NCBI GenBank assembly: GCA_001797615.1 | Contig: MGPV01000022.1 | Coordinates: forward strand, 5,311-69,310 | Direction of reading: 5' to 3' | Length of the DNA stretch: 64,000 nucleotides | Source of the DNA: Deltaproteobacteria bacterium GWC2_65_14 | GTDB lineage: Bacteria; Desulfobacterota; Deferrimicrobia; Deferrimicrobiales; Deferrimicrobiaceae | Shown: positions 52,555-62,443 of the stretch, in pieces | How positions within the stretch are numbered: position 1 is the first letter of the stretch | Layout of the letters: each line of letters starts with the position of its first letter | Position numbers and translations under genes: made by a program | Notes under the pieces: model-generated | Told to the model about the DNA's origin: nothing | Database searches by the model: none | Seen by the model: only the letters and a program-made list of their open reading frames with translations

Positions 52555-54708
52555 ATGGCGCAGGAGATCCGGAAGGACGGGCTCGCGCTCCTCTTCTTCG
52601 CCCTGGGGATCTTCCTCACGGTCGCGCTCCTCTCCTTCCACCAGATGGATCCCTCGTGGTCCTCCTTCAGCTCGGAGGGCGGCCCGGTGCGGAACTGGGG
52701 AGGGACGGTCGGGGCGATCCTGTCCGACCTCCTGCTGCAGCTGTTCGGGGTCGGGGCGATCGGGTTCCCGATCCTCTGCCTCGCGCTCTCCTACTGGATC
52801 TTCCGCGGGGAGGGGCTCTCGGGGCACTGGGTCCGGGCCGCGGGGGGGCTGCTCGCGGTCTGCTCCCTCCTCGGGATCCTGAGCTTCTTCGCCGGTCACA
52901 TGCAGCTCTTCGGGTCGAACCTCTTCCTCCCCGGGCTGACGGGGTACCTGATCGGGGTGAACTTCTTCGGAAAGCTGCTCAGCAGGGTAGGGGGAGTGAT
53001 CGTGCTCACGGCCCTGTTCCTGTTCGCCGTCATGCTGCTCACCGGGATTCCCCTGAGCGGCATCCCTTCCGCCTGGAGGCGGAAGAAGGAGGCGGAGCGG
53101 GTCCGCGCGATCGTGAAGGAGAGGATGGGCTCCCGGGAGCGCGGGGACCGGACGGGGGAGGCCCCCGCGCCCCCGCCGCCGCGCGAGAGCCCCCCGCCCC
53201 GGATCGTGCCCCCGTCCCCCGTGACGGAGGCCCCCCCGGGGGCGAGGACCGGCGGCAAGCGGTTCGTCCTGCCTCCGCTGGAGCTGCTGGAGCATCCCGA
53301 GGGGAACGGGAACGGGGCGGACGAGGGATCCCTGCAGGACAACGCCGTCGCTCTCCTGGAGAAGCTTTCCCAGCACGGCATCGAGGGGAACATCACCGAG
53401 ATCCGCACGGGGCCGCTTGTCACCACCTACGAATTCCGGCCCGCCCCGGGTGTGAAGGCGAACCGGGTCGTGGCGATGGCGGGGGACCTCTCGCTGGCGA
53501 TGCGGTGCGAGTCGGTCCGCGTCGTGCCGAACATCCCCGGGAAGGGGGTGATGGGGTTCGAGATCCCGAACGAGAAGCGGGTCAGCATCACGCTCCGGGA
53601 GCTTCTGGGGTGCCGGGCCTACGCCGACTCGGAGGCGGCGCTGTCCCTCGTGATCGGAAAGGACATCTTCGGGGAGCCGGTCATCCGGGATCTCTCGAAG
53701 ATGCCCCATCTCCTGATCGCCGGGGCGACCGGCTCCGGGAAGAGCGTCGCCCTCCACAGCATGATCCTCTCCATCCTGTTCCGCGCGACGCCGGACGAGG
53801 TCCGGCTGATCCTGGTCGATCCCAAGATGCTGGAGCTCACCCTCTACGAAGGGATCCCCCACCTCTACCATCCGGTCGTCACCCAGCCGCGCGACGCGGG
53901 CCACGTGCTCAAGTGGGCGGTCGGCGAAATGCGGGGGAGGTACCAGCTCATGATGGAGAACGGCGTGCGGCACATCGACGCCTTCAACCAGCTGGTGGCG
54001 AAGCGGGCCCGCTTCTCCACCGGGACGAAGGTCCGCGAAGGGGAGGGGGAGGATCTGTCGCGGCTTCCCTTCGTCGTCATCGTGATCGACGAGCTCGCCG
54101 ACCTGATGATGACCTCCACCTCCCGCCGGGAGGTGGAGGACTCCATCACCCAGCTGACCCAGATGGCCCGGGCCGCCGGGATCCACCTGATCTTCGCCAC
54201 CCAGCGCCCCTCCGTGGATGTGCTCACGGGGGTGGTCAAGGCGAACTTTCCGTCCCGAATCTCCTTCAAGGTGGCCTCCCAGTTCGATTCGCGGACGATC
54301 CTCGACCAGTCGGGGTCGGAACATCTCCTCGGGTGGGGGGACATGCTGTTTCTCCAGCCGGGGATCGCGGGGATCGTCCGGGTTCACGGAGCCTACGTGG
54401 GCGAGGAGGAGATCCAGCGGGTCACGGGGCATCTCCGCGCCCAGGGGGAGCCGGTCTTCGAGCCGTCGATCCTCTCCCCGGCGGGGGAGGCGGAGGAGGA
54501 GCGGGACGCCTCCCGGGACGAGAAGTTCGACGACGCGGTCGAGGAGGTGGTCCGGGCGGGGCGCGCCTCGGTGTCCATGCTGCAGCGGCGTCTCCAGATC
54601 GGGTTCAACCGGGCCGCCCGCATCATCGAGGAGATGGAGCGGCAGGGGATCGTAGGCCCCTCGGAGGGGGGAAAGCCCCGCGAGGTCTACCGGACGGCCC
54701 GGGAGTAG
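52555..54708 (+). CDS. ftsK: DNA translocase FtsK/SpoIIIE
   Basis: 717 aa; N-terminal TMs, Pro-rich linker, motor domain PHLLIAGATGSGKSVAL (Walker A), C-terminal gamma domain. Confidence 0.9.
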   Translation: MAQEIRKDGLALLFFALGIFLTVALLSFHQMDPSWSSFSSEGGPVRNWGGTVGAILSDLLLQLFGVGAIGFPILCLALSYWIFRGEGLSGHWVRAAGGLLAVCSLLGILSFFAGHMQLFGSNLFLPGLTGYLIGVNFFGKLLSRVGGVIVLTALFLFAVMLLTGIPLSGIPSAWRRKKEAERVRAIVKERMGSRERGDRTGEAPAPPPPRESPPPRIVPPSPVTEAPPGARTGGKRFVLPPLELLEHPEGNGNGADEGSLQDNAVALLEKLSQHGIEGNITEIRTGPLVTTYEFRPAPGVKANRVVAMAGDLSLAMRCESVRVVPNIPGKGVMGFEIPNEKRVSITLRELLGCRAYADSEAALSLVIGKDIFGEPVIRDLSKMPHLLIAGATGSGKSVALHSMILSILFRATPDEVRLILVDPKMLELTLYEGIPHLYHPVVTQPRDAGHVLKWAVGEMRGRYQLMMENGVRHIDAFNQLVAKRARFSTGTKVREGEGEDLSRLPFVVIVIDELADLMMTSTSRREVEDSITQLTQMARAAGIHLIFATQRPSVDVLTGVVKANFPSRISFKVASQFDSRTILDQSGSEHLLGWGDMLFLQPGIAGIVRVHGAYVGEEEIQRVTGHLRAQGEPVFEPSILSPAGEAEEERDASRDEKFDDAVEEVVRAGRASVSMLQRRLQIGFNRAARIIEEMERQGIVGPSEGGKPREVYRTARE

Positions 54709-54720
54709 GGGAGGCGGAGG

Positions 54721-55395
54721 ATGAGCAGGCGTCACGGGAGTCGGTTCGGGTGGGTAGCGGCGGCGGTCCTGGTGCTCCTGCTGTCCGTGCCCTCGCCCGG
54801 CGGCGGAAGCGACGCGGAGGCCCTCCTGGCGAGGGTGTCGGCCCGGTACGCGGCGGCGAAGACCCTGTCGGCCGACTTCCGCCAGGAGGTTCCGCTGCAG
54901 AGCCTGGGGATCGTCCGGAAGGCGGCAGGGCGGGTCTACTTCGAGAGGCCGCTCCGGATGCGGTGGGACTATGAGGCGCCGGACACGCAGCTGTTTCTCG
55001 CGGACGGGGCCTATTTCTACTTCCGTCCCCCCGACTCCCCGCAGCTGTTCCGCCGGCGGATCGACGAGCGGGCGCTGGGGGGGAAGATCCCCCTTCTCCT
55101 GCTCTTCGGAAAAGGGGAAATCTCCGAGTTCTTCCGGGCCGAGGAGTCCGTCGTCCGGAAGGGGGGGGAAGAGATCGCGCTTCGCCTTGTCCCGAAGGGG
55201 GAGGCCGCGAACGAGGTCCGGCGGGTGGACCTGGTCGTCGGAGCCGGGGACGCGGTGATCCGGGAAGTGCACCTGTACGACCGGATGGGGGGGGCGAACC
55301 ACCTCTATCTGGGGAAGACGGCGATCGATCCCGCCCTCCCGCCCGACCTGTTCCGCTTCCGGACGCCGCCGGGCGTCGAGGTGGTGGACGAGTGA
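54721..55395 (+). CDS. lolA: outer-membrane lipoprotein carrier LolA-like
   Basis: 224 aa with signal peptide; ...TLSADFRQEV... LolA-type fold signature. Confidence 0.75.
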   Translation: MSRRHGSRFGWVAAAVLVLLLSVPSPGGGSDAEALLARVSARYAAAKTLSADFRQEVPLQSLGIVRKAAGRVYFERPLRMRWDYEAPDTQLFLADGAYFYFRPPDSPQLFRRRIDERALGGKIPLLLLFGKGEISEFFRAEESVVRKGGEEIALRLVPKGEAANEVRRVDLVVGAGDAVIREVHLYDRMGGANHLYLGKTAIDPALPPDLFRFRTPPGVEVVDE

Positions 55396-56762
55396 GCGAG
55401 GCGCGGCGGCGGGAGATCACCGTCCGGATCCTCACGCTCGGCTGCGCGAAGAACTCGGTGGACGCGGAGGTCCTCTCCGGCCTGCTCGCCGGGGACGGGT
55501 GCCGCGTCGTGACCCGAGGTCGGGCCGACGTGGGGATCGTGAACAGCTGCGGCTTCATCCGGGAGGCGAAGGAGGAGTCGATCGAGGAGATCCTCGCGAT
55601 GGCGCGGCTGAAGAAGCGGGGAACGATCCGCCGCCTGGTCGTCGCCGGATGCCTGGCCCGCAGGTACCGGGAGGAGCTTCCGGAATCTCTCCCCGAGGTG
55701 GACCTCTTCGTGGGACCGGGGGACATCCCGGCGGTCCCCGGCCTGCTCCGGGGACTGTTCGAGGGGAGCGCACCCCGCTCCCGCGTGGAGGAGATCGCCC
55801 TGCCGGACGAGGCCTACCGGCACAGGCTCCGGGAGGGTGCCGGCGGGTCGGCCTACCTGAAGATCCTGGAGGGGTGCGACCACCGCTGCGCCTACTGCGC
55901 CATCCCGGGGATCCGGGGACCGCTGAAAAGCCGGGACCGGGAATCGCTGCTGGCGGAGGCCCGCATGCTGGTGCGGGGCGGGGCCCGGGAGATCTGCCTG
56001 ATCGGACAGGACATCACCTCCTACGGGGCGGACCGCGGGGAAGCCGGCGGGCTGGCTCCCCTCGTCCGGGAACTCTGCCGGATCCGGGACCTCCGGTGGC
56101 TCCGGCTCCTCTACCTCTACCCGACCCGGGTGGACAGGCCGTTGATCGATCTCGTCGCCGGGGAGGAGAAGGTCTGCAAGTACCTCGACATCCCGATCCA
56201 GCATATCGACGCGGGGGTGCTGGGCCGGATGGGACGCCGGTACGGGCCGGAGGAGGTTGTTTCCCTGCTGCGGCGGCTCCGGGAGAGGATCCCGGGGATC
56301 TTTCTGCGGACCACGCTGATCGCGGGGTTCCCGGGAGAGACCGACGCGGCCTTTGCGCGCCTCCTCCGCTTCGTGGAGGAGGCGCGGTTCGACTATCTGG
56401 GGGCCTTCCCCTATTCGCGGGAGGAGGGAACCCGGGCCTACGCGATGGGACGGCAGATTCCCGAGCGGGTGAAGCGGGAGAGGGTGCGGCAGGTCCAGGA
56501 GACCCAGGCCGGGATCCTGGACGCGCGCAACCGTGCGATGACGGGGCGGGAAGTCGAAATCCTGGTGGAGGAGGTCTCCGGGAAGGGGCGGGCAAGGGGG
56601 CGCCACCGGGGCCAGGCCCCGGAGGTGGACGGGAGCGTGATTCTCTCGGGGTACCGGGGGGTTGCGTCCCGCTTCTGCCGGGTCCGGATCACCGGAACCC
56701 GGGAGTGGGACCTGCTGGCAAAACCGGTTGACAGCGGTCCGCCACCGGGTATACTAACGTAA
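55392..56762 (+). CDS. rimO: MiaB/RimO-family radical SAM methylthiotransferase (RimO-like, with TRAM domain)
   Basis: GTG overlaps lolA stop; MTTase N-domain LTLGCAKNSVDAEV; radical SAM CDHRCAYC; C-terminal TRAM-like segment. Confidence 0.8.
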   Translation: MSEARRREITVRILTLGCAKNSVDAEVLSGLLAGDGCRVVTRGRADVGIVNSCGFIREAKEESIEEILAMARLKKRGTIRRLVVAGCLARRYREELPESLPEVDLFVGPGDIPAVPGLLRGLFEGSAPRSRVEEIALPDEAYRHRLREGAGGSAYLKILEGCDHRCAYCAIPGIRGPLKSRDRESLLAEARMLVRGGAREICLIGQDITSYGADRGEAGGLAPLVRELCRIRDLRWLRLLYLYPTRVDRPLIDLVAGEEKVCKYLDIPIQHIDAGVLGRMGRRYGPEEVVSLLRRLRERIPGIFLRTTLIAGFPGETDAAFARLLRFVEEARFDYLGAFPYSREEGTRAYAMGRQIPERVKRERVRQVQETQAGILDARNRAMTGREVEILVEEVSGKGRARGRHRGQAPEVDGSVILSGYRGVASRFCRVRITGTREWDLLAKPVDSGPPPGILT

Positions 56763-56793
56763 TTTTTCAGGCCACCGAGGAGGTCGGAAACCG

Positions 56794-57192
56794 ATGAAAA
56801 CGATCCGGGAAATGCTCCTCAAGATGCGGGAGGAGCTCGTGCGGGAGATTACCCGCCGTTCCCGCGCGACCAAGGAGGGAAGCCCCCCCGACATCGGGGA
56901 CATCCTCGACTCGGTTTCCGAGGAGCGCACCCGCGAGCTGGACATGCTTCTCACCGACCGGGAGAAGGCGAAGCTGAAGCAGATCGAGGACGCGCTCGAC
57001 CGGATCGAGGAGAACAGCTACGGCCTGTGCGAGGAGTGCGGCGTGAAGATCCCGAAGGCCCGGCTCAAGGTCGTTCCCTTCGCCAAGTACTGCGTGGAGT
57101 GCAAGGAAGTGATCGAGCGGGAGGAGAAGTACACCCGGGAGGACTCGGAGACCGGGATCAAGAAGGTTCCTATCGCGGAGGCCGAGGAGTAG
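56794..57192 (+). CDS. DksA/TraR-family C4 zinc-finger protein
   Basis: 132 aa; ...CEECGVKIPKARLKVVPFAKYCVECK... (CxxC-x17-CxxC). Confidence 0.7.
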   Translation: MKTIREMLLKMREELVREITRRSRATKEGSPPDIGDILDSVSEERTRELDMLLTDREKAKLKQIEDALDRIEENSYGLCEECGVKIPKARLKVVPFAKYCVECKEVIEREEKYTREDSETGIKKVPIAEAEE

Positions 57193-58237
57193 CGCCGTTC
57201 TCCTTTCCGGTCCCCCCCGCGGGTGCCGCGCGTTTCTCCGGTTTCGCTCCCCGCTCCCTCTGGAATTCGGCTACCGCCCGGTTGTGCTCCTCCAGGGTTT
57301 TCGAGAACTGGTGGGAGCCGTCGTTCCGGGAGACGAAGTAGAGGTACGGCGTGTCCTCCGGCCGCAGGGCGGCCATGAGGGCGGAACGGCCGGGATTCGC
57401 GATCGGCCCCGGGGGGAGCCCCCGGTTCAGGTAGGTGTTGTACGGATTGGGGGACTGGAGGTCCTTCCTCGAGAGGTTCCCGCCGAACTTCCGCAGTCCG
57501 TAGATCACGGTCGGGTCCATCTGCAGCGGCATCCCCAGCTTCAGGCGCCTGTGGATGACCGAGGAGACGATCGGCTTCTCGGCCTCCACCCCCGTCTCCT
57601 TCTCGATGATCGACGCGATCGTGACGACCTGGTGCAGCGTGAGCCTCCGCTCGGCCGCCGCGCTCTGCATGTCGGACGTGAACTGCCGGTGGAACCGGCG
57701 GACCAGGATGGACAGGATCTCCTCCTCCCGCATGTCCTTGACCAGCAGGTAGGTGTCCGGGAAGAGGAATCCCTCGGCCGTGTCGCCGGGGATGTCGAGG
57801 CGGTTCGCGAGGCCCGGCGAGGTGGCCGCCGCGACGAAGGCGCCCGGGTCGGCCAGCTCCAGGTCGGCCAGGATCCGGGCGACGTCGTAGAGGGTGGAGC
57901 CTTCCGGGATCGTCACCGGGTATTTGGAGACGTCCCCCGAAGAGATCTTCTGCCACAGCTCCAGCGCCGAGGGGGGGGCCGGGAAGGCGTACTCCCCCTG
58001 CTGGAGCGTCGTTCCGGTCATCGTCACCGTCACGAGGATCCGGAAGACGGCGGGGAACCGGAGCACGCCGCTTTCCGTGAGAATCCGGACGATTTCCGGG
58101 TAGCCGCTTCCCCGGGGAATCCGGACCTTCTTCAGGCGCCAGTTCTCCTGGGGGGGGCGCATGAGCGCCAGGCAGAAAAACAGCGCCGCCGCCGCGAGAA
58201 CCGCACCCGCGGGGATCCTCCACGCAGGGAAGGTCAC
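57170..58237 (-). CDS. mltG: endolytic murein transglycosylase MltG (YceG family)
   Basis: 355 aa; N-terminal TM, YceG-like domain ...LQMDPTVIYG... Confidence 0.85.
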   Translation of the reverse strand: MTFPAWRIPAGAVLAAAALFFCLALMRPPQENWRLKKVRIPRGSGYPEIVRILTESGVLRFPAVFRILVTVTMTGTTLQQGEYAFPAPPSALELWQKISSGDVSKYPVTIPEGSTLYDVARILADLELADPGAFVAAATSPGLANRLDIPGDTAEGFLFPDTYLLVKDMREEEILSILVRRFHRQFTSDMQSAAAERRLTLHQVVTIASIIEKETGVEAEKPIVSSVIHRRLKLGMPLQMDPTVIYGLRKFGGNLSRKDLQSPNPYNTYLNRGLPPGPIANPGRSALMAALRPEDTPYLYFVSRNDGSHQFSKTLEEHNRAVAEFQRERGAKPEKRAAPAGGTGKENGATPRPPR

Positions 58238-58244
58238 CGGCCGC

Positions 58245-58676
58245 TCACTTCCGGTTCCGGAAATCGAGAAGGCTCTGCAGCAGGAGGGCGGCCGAGAGGC
58301 TGTCCCGGATCTCCTTCCGCTTTTCGCGACGGACCCCGGAGGCGATGAGGTGCCGCTCCGCCTGCACGGTGGTCATCCGCTCGTCCCAGGGTTCGATCGC
58401 CACCCCGATCGCGCCGCCGAGCTTGGCCCCGAAATCCTTCGCCCGTTTCGCCTGGACCCCTTCCGTCCCGTCGAGCATCAGGGGAAGCCCGAGGACCACC
58501 GCCTCGACGGAGAATTCGCGGACGAGGGCCCCGATCGACTCGATGTCCCGGTTGTCCCCCCGCCTCCGGATGGCCGGCAGCGGCTGGGCGATCAGGCCGA
58601 GCGGATCCGATACCGCGACCCCGATCCGGTGGCTTCCGTAATCCAGGCCCAGCAGCCTTCCCGTACCCTTCTCCAC
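58245..58676 (-). CDS. ruvX: Holliday-junction resolvase-like putative RNase RuvX/YqgF
   Basis: 143 aa MEKGTGRLLGLDYGSHRIGVAVSD... Confidence 0.85.
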   Translation of the reverse strand: MEKGTGRLLGLDYGSHRIGVAVSDPLGLIAQPLPAIRRRGDNRDIESIGALVREFSVEAVVLGLPLMLDGTEGVQAKRAKDFGAKLGGAIGVAIEPWDERMTTVQAERHLIASGVRREKRKEIRDSLSAALLLQSLLDFRNRK

Positions 58677-58813
58677 GATCCTTCACCTCCCGGGAGAGTG
58701 TACGGGCCGACCCTCCCGTCCGTCAATCCGGGATTCCTTCCAGGCCCGGGATCGTGGTTGACGAATCCCCCGGGGTCCGGTAAGAGTAAAGGAATCCCGG
58801 AGGTGGTCGCACG

Positions 58814-59386
58814 GTGATCGACAGGATCATGGAGACCCTACAGGGGATGCTTTCGGATCCCTCCCTGTCCGTGCGGGTCTCCGCATCCGCCGCCATGGAC
58901 CGGCTCCGGGCGAGAAAATCGCATACCGCCTACCTGGAAAGGCTCCGCGTGGGAACCCTCGAGGAGAGGGTGCGGATCGTGTTCGCCGCCGAGGAGATCG
59001 GGGGCAGGGAGGGGCTCTCCATCCTGCTGGCCGCGCTGTCGGACGGCGAAGCGGAGGTGCGGGGAGCCGCCGTCCGGGCCCTCGAATCCAGCCCGACTCC
59101 GCAGGTGCTGAAGGCGCTGGTGGAGCAGCTGACCAGGGAGAACGGGGTCGTGCTGGGGAATCTCCTGGAGGCGCTCGGGAAATCCTCCCGGAAGGAGTTG
59201 GCCCCGATCCTGGAGAGGTACCTGGACCACCCGGACTTCGAGGTCCGCGGAAAGGCGATCGTGGCCTACGCGCGGGTCGCCGAGGGGGAGGGGTGGAAGC
59301 ATGTCCTGCGCTACTCGGGGGCGGAGAGCGAAACGGTGCGCGCGGCCGCAGCCCGCGCCCTCGGGGAGTGGAGCGCCGACCGCTAG
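58814..59386 (+). CDS. HEAT-repeat protein (PBS-lyase HEAT-like)
   Basis: 190 aa with repeated ...VR..A..AL... units (SVRVSASAAMDRL, EVRGAAVRALE, EVRGKAIVAYA, ETVRAAAARALGE). Confidence 0.6.
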   Translation: MIDRIMETLQGMLSDPSLSVRVSASAAMDRLRARKSHTAYLERLRVGTLEERVRIVFAAEEIGGREGLSILLAALSDGEAEVRGAAVRALESSPTPQVLKALVEQLTRENGVVLGNLLEALGKSSRKELAPILERYLDHPDFEVRGKAIVAYARVAEGEGWKHVLRYSGAESETVRAAAARALGEWSADR

Positions 59387-59410
59387 TGCGGCGCCGTTCC
59401 GGGAACGACG

Positions 59411-60814
59411 CTACTCCGGGGGCGGCTGCGGCTGGGATTCCTGCAGGAAGACTTCCTTCCCCGCGTCCGGATAGAGCAGGGGATTCACCGTACCGAGGAT
59501 CGCGCGGAGATGTTGGCCCGTCTTCGGATCCTTTTCCGTGAGATCCAGATGTTCCGGCCGGGGAAGCGGGTTCCCCTGGCGGTCGAAGAGAAGCGCCACC
59601 TTTGAGGGGCCCTGACCGGGGAGCCCCATGCCGAGCACGACCCCCACTTCCATCGTGGTGAGCCGCACCATCGTCCCGATCGGGTAGCTCCCCATGATCT
59701 TCGAGAGCACCGCGACATGGTTCGGGTCGACCGATTTCCCGCCGACCTTCCGCATGAGCTCCAGCGCACCGAGCGGGGTCCTCGCCTTCTGGTACGATCG
59801 CATCGTCGTCAGCGCGTCGAAGCAGTCGGCCACGGCGATGATCTGCGAATAGGAGTGGGTCCGGTAATCCGGATCCAGCTCCGGGTAGCCCTTCCGGTCG
59901 TACCGCATATGGTGCTCCCGGACCATGTGGGCGGAGCCGGGATGAATGTGCGGCATCTTCCCCAGAAGGACGAACCCTTCCTCCGGGTGCTTCTTGATCT
60001 CCTCGAACTCCTCCGGGGTGAGGGTTCCCGGCTTCCGGATCAGGTCGAGGGCGAGCCGGGTCTTCCCCACGTCGTGGAGGAGCCCTGCGACTCCGATCTC
60101 GATCTTCTCCCGGGTGGGGATGGCGAGCGCGTCCGCCAGCGCAAGGGAGATGATCGACACGTTCACGGAGTGGGTGTAGGTGTACTCGTCGTAGTTCTTG
60201 ATCAGCGTCAGGGCCAGGATGGCGTCGCGGTTCCTCCGGAGCATGCTGCTCAGGTCTCCCGCGACCCGCTCCGATTCCGCGCCCGAGGGGATCCTCCCCA
60301 TCCGCACTTCCTGCAGGACGGAGACGACCGCGTTCACCGCGTTGTCGTAGATCTCCCGGGCGAGGGCGTGATCGTCCTCCTCGTCCTCCTCGGGCGGCCT
60401 CACCCGGAGGTGGAGGATCCCCTGGGCCAGGAGCTGCCTCTGGATCTCCGGGGCGTCGAGCCCCTCCTCCTTCGCCTCGTGGAGATACCGGATGAAGGCC
60501 TCGATCTCGTCGGAGGTAAGCCCCCTGTCGAAGATGAGCGCCGGAATCCCGATCGCCGCCAGCCGCTGCATGAAGAGTTCGAGGGAAGAGGTCAGGCTGA
60601 AGATCGGGACCCCCTCGAAGACCAGCGTGCCGTCCGCGATGGCGAGGGCGAGCTCCTTCCGGTCCGCGAAGAAGAGGAGCAGGTCGGAGAAGCATTTGTC
60701 GACGGGAGACCGCACGGAGGGGTGTGTCGCGGGGTAAAGCCTCCGGTTCTTCAGGGAGGTCCCCAGCAACCGGATGATGTTTCCGATCACCTGTTCCTGC
60801 TGCCTGCGGTCCAT
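59411..60814 (-). CDS. HD-GYP domain phosphodiesterase with N-terminal domain shared with the adjacent HEAT protein
   Basis: 467 aa; HD-GYP motifs AGLLHDVGK ... HH.RYDRKGYP; N-terminal LYPATHPSV segment. Confidence 0.8.
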   Translation of the reverse strand: MDRRQQEQVIGNIIRLLGTSLKNRRLYPATHPSVRSPVDKCFSDLLLFFADRKELALAIADGTLVFEGVPIFSLTSSLELFMQRLAAIGIPALIFDRGLTSDEIEAFIRYLHEAKEEGLDAPEIQRQLLAQGILHLRVRPPEEDEEDDHALAREIYDNAVNAVVSVLQEVRMGRIPSGAESERVAGDLSSMLRRNRDAILALTLIKNYDEYTYTHSVNVSIISLALADALAIPTREKIEIGVAGLLHDVGKTRLALDLIRKPGTLTPEEFEEIKKHPEEGFVLLGKMPHIHPGSAHMVREHHMRYDRKGYPELDPDYRTHSYSQIIAVADCFDALTTMRSYQKARTPLGALELMRKVGGKSVDPNHVAVLSKIMGSYPIGTMVRLTTMEVGVVLGMGLPGQGPSKVALLFDRQGNPLPRPEHLDLTEKDPKTGQHLRAILGTVNPLLYPDAGKEVFLQESQPQPPPE

Positions 60815-60826
60815 CGTCTGTTCCGT

Positions 60827-62395
60827 CTACCCCTCGGTCCGTTTCAGGGCGCGTTCCGCTTCTATCCGGAGGTATGCCTTCGGGGACTGAGCAGCTCTCT
60901 GCACGATCTCCCTTGCGCGGTTCCCCTCCATCCTTGAGATGCTCCGGAGCGCGTGGGTTTTCATCGCGCGGAAATTTAGCGTTTCCCAGATCGCCGACGC
61001 GCCCAGGATCCCCTCGAGGGCGTCGAGGGCCTCTTGGGTGCCGATGGTCCGGAGGGAATCGATCGCCTCGTGGGCCAGCCGGTAGCTCGGGTAGAACAGC
61101 TTCCGCTCGACGACGCGCCGGTAGAGGGTCATCACCGCCTCCGGCTCCCGCTTTACAGAGAGGGCCGCGGTGGCGGTCAGCGCCACCGTTTCCTCCGGGA
61201 AGAAGCAGAGCTCGCCCAGCGAGAGCACCGCGGAGGGATGGTTGATCCGCGACAGCGCCTTGATCGCCTCCTTCTTCACCCGGAGGTCCGGGTGCGAGAG
61301 GACCGAGGCGATGTGGGGGGCGAGATCCGGGATCCCGAGGCCTCCCAGGATCGTGACGATGTTCCGCACGACGTACCACCGGGAGTCGGAGAGGGTGTCG
61401 AGCAGGAACGGCAGCGCAGGGCGGCCGATCCGCACGACGATGTCCACGATCGACTTCCGGACGAGCAGGTCCCCCTCCTCCGCGAGGGCGGAAAGGAGCG
61501 CCTTCACGGCCCGGTCTCCGAAGGCCGCGAGGACGTGCTCCGCCTCGCTGCGATCCCGGGCACCATGGTCCTGCAGGCGCCGGATGTAGTAGGACACCAG
61601 AACATCGTTCGCCAGCTCCTTGATCGCCATCCGGGCCAGGCCGGCGATCTCCTCGCTTTTCCCCGGGGGGTGCTCCATGTGCCGGACGAAGATCGACAGC
61701 GCGCGGGTGGAGAACTCGATTCTCCGGTCCACCGGCTCCTCGAGCAGCGCCTTCGTCAGGGAGATGACATGCTCGCGGTAGGCGGAAGGGTCGGTCTCCG
61801 CGGCGATCTTCTTCAGAAGCGCCTCGATGGTGACATCCTCGGGCCGGGTCTCCTCGAGGCCGAAGTCGAGGTCGGAGGCTTTCAGCGCCAATTCCTCCTC
61901 CCCCGTTTCCTCCAGCTCGTCCTTCTTCAGCATCTCGGTCAGCCCTTCGTAGTCGACCCGGTTCGCCCAGATGCGCGAAATCTTCCCCCGGAGGAGGACC
62001 CGCTCGAGCCCCCCCTCGTCCTGGATATCCTGGCTATCCCGGTTGAGGAGGGTCAGGAACGCGGTCATCTCCTCGACCTTCTGTCCGGGGAGGAAGATCA
62101 TCCTGCTCACGTGCCGGTGGTAGAGCTCCCGGTTCAGGTCCGCCACTGCCTTGTTCGAGGCCGGCAGGGGCACGCTCCGGAACAGGAGGGCGTTTTTGGT
62201 GACGTCGATCTCCAGCCCGGTTTCGGGGAGGGGGAGCTCTTCGAGGGTGGTGACGATCTTCCAGATGCTCTGGATCAGGGCGGGGTGGCCTTCCGGGTAG
62301 AAACTGACGTTCTTGATTCCCTTGGCCATTTCGACCACCGCCAGGGAAACCTTCTGATGCAACAGATTTTCCGCCTGATCCGCCTTGGGGTCCAT
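60827..62395 (-). CDS. large HEAT-repeat protein with N-terminal domain homologous to that of the HD-GYP protein
   Basis: 522 aa; N-terminal ...NVSFYPEGHPALIQS... (cf. LYPATHPSV in HD-GYP protein); C-terminal HEAT/PBS-lyase repeats (DSRWYVVRNIVTILG, DLRVKKEAIKALS). Confidence 0.65.
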   Translation of the reverse strand: MDPKADQAENLLHQKVSLAVVEMAKGIKNVSFYPEGHPALIQSIWKIVTTLEELPLPETGLEIDVTKNALLFRSVPLPASNKAVADLNRELYHRHVSRMIFLPGQKVEEMTAFLTLLNRDSQDIQDEGGLERVLLRGKISRIWANRVDYEGLTEMLKKDELEETGEEELALKASDLDFGLEETRPEDVTIEALLKKIAAETDPSAYREHVISLTKALLEEPVDRRIEFSTRALSIFVRHMEHPPGKSEEIAGLARMAIKELANDVLVSYYIRRLQDHGARDRSEAEHVLAAFGDRAVKALLSALAEEGDLLVRKSIVDIVVRIGRPALPFLLDTLSDSRWYVVRNIVTILGGLGIPDLAPHIASVLSHPDLRVKKEAIKALSRINHPSAVLSLGELCFFPEETVALTATAALSVKREPEAVMTLYRRVVERKLFYPSYRLAHEAIDSLRTIGTQEALDALEGILGASAIWETLNFRAMKTHALRSISRMEGNRAREIVQRAAQSPKAYLRIEAERALKRTEG

Positions 62396-62434
62396 GGATG
62401 AAAACAGGTTTTATTATTTAAAATCCCAAATGTT

Positions 62435-62440
62435 TATAAT
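62435..62440 (+). promoter_or_regulatory. perfect TATAAT -10 box 3 nt upstream of the first in-frame pgpA ATG (divergent AT-rich promoter region 62396-62443)
   Basis: tgttTATAATctaATGATGcctATG; weak -35 (TTATTA); implies leaderless or very short-leader pgpA transcript. Confidence 0.4.
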
Positions 62441-62443
62441 CTA

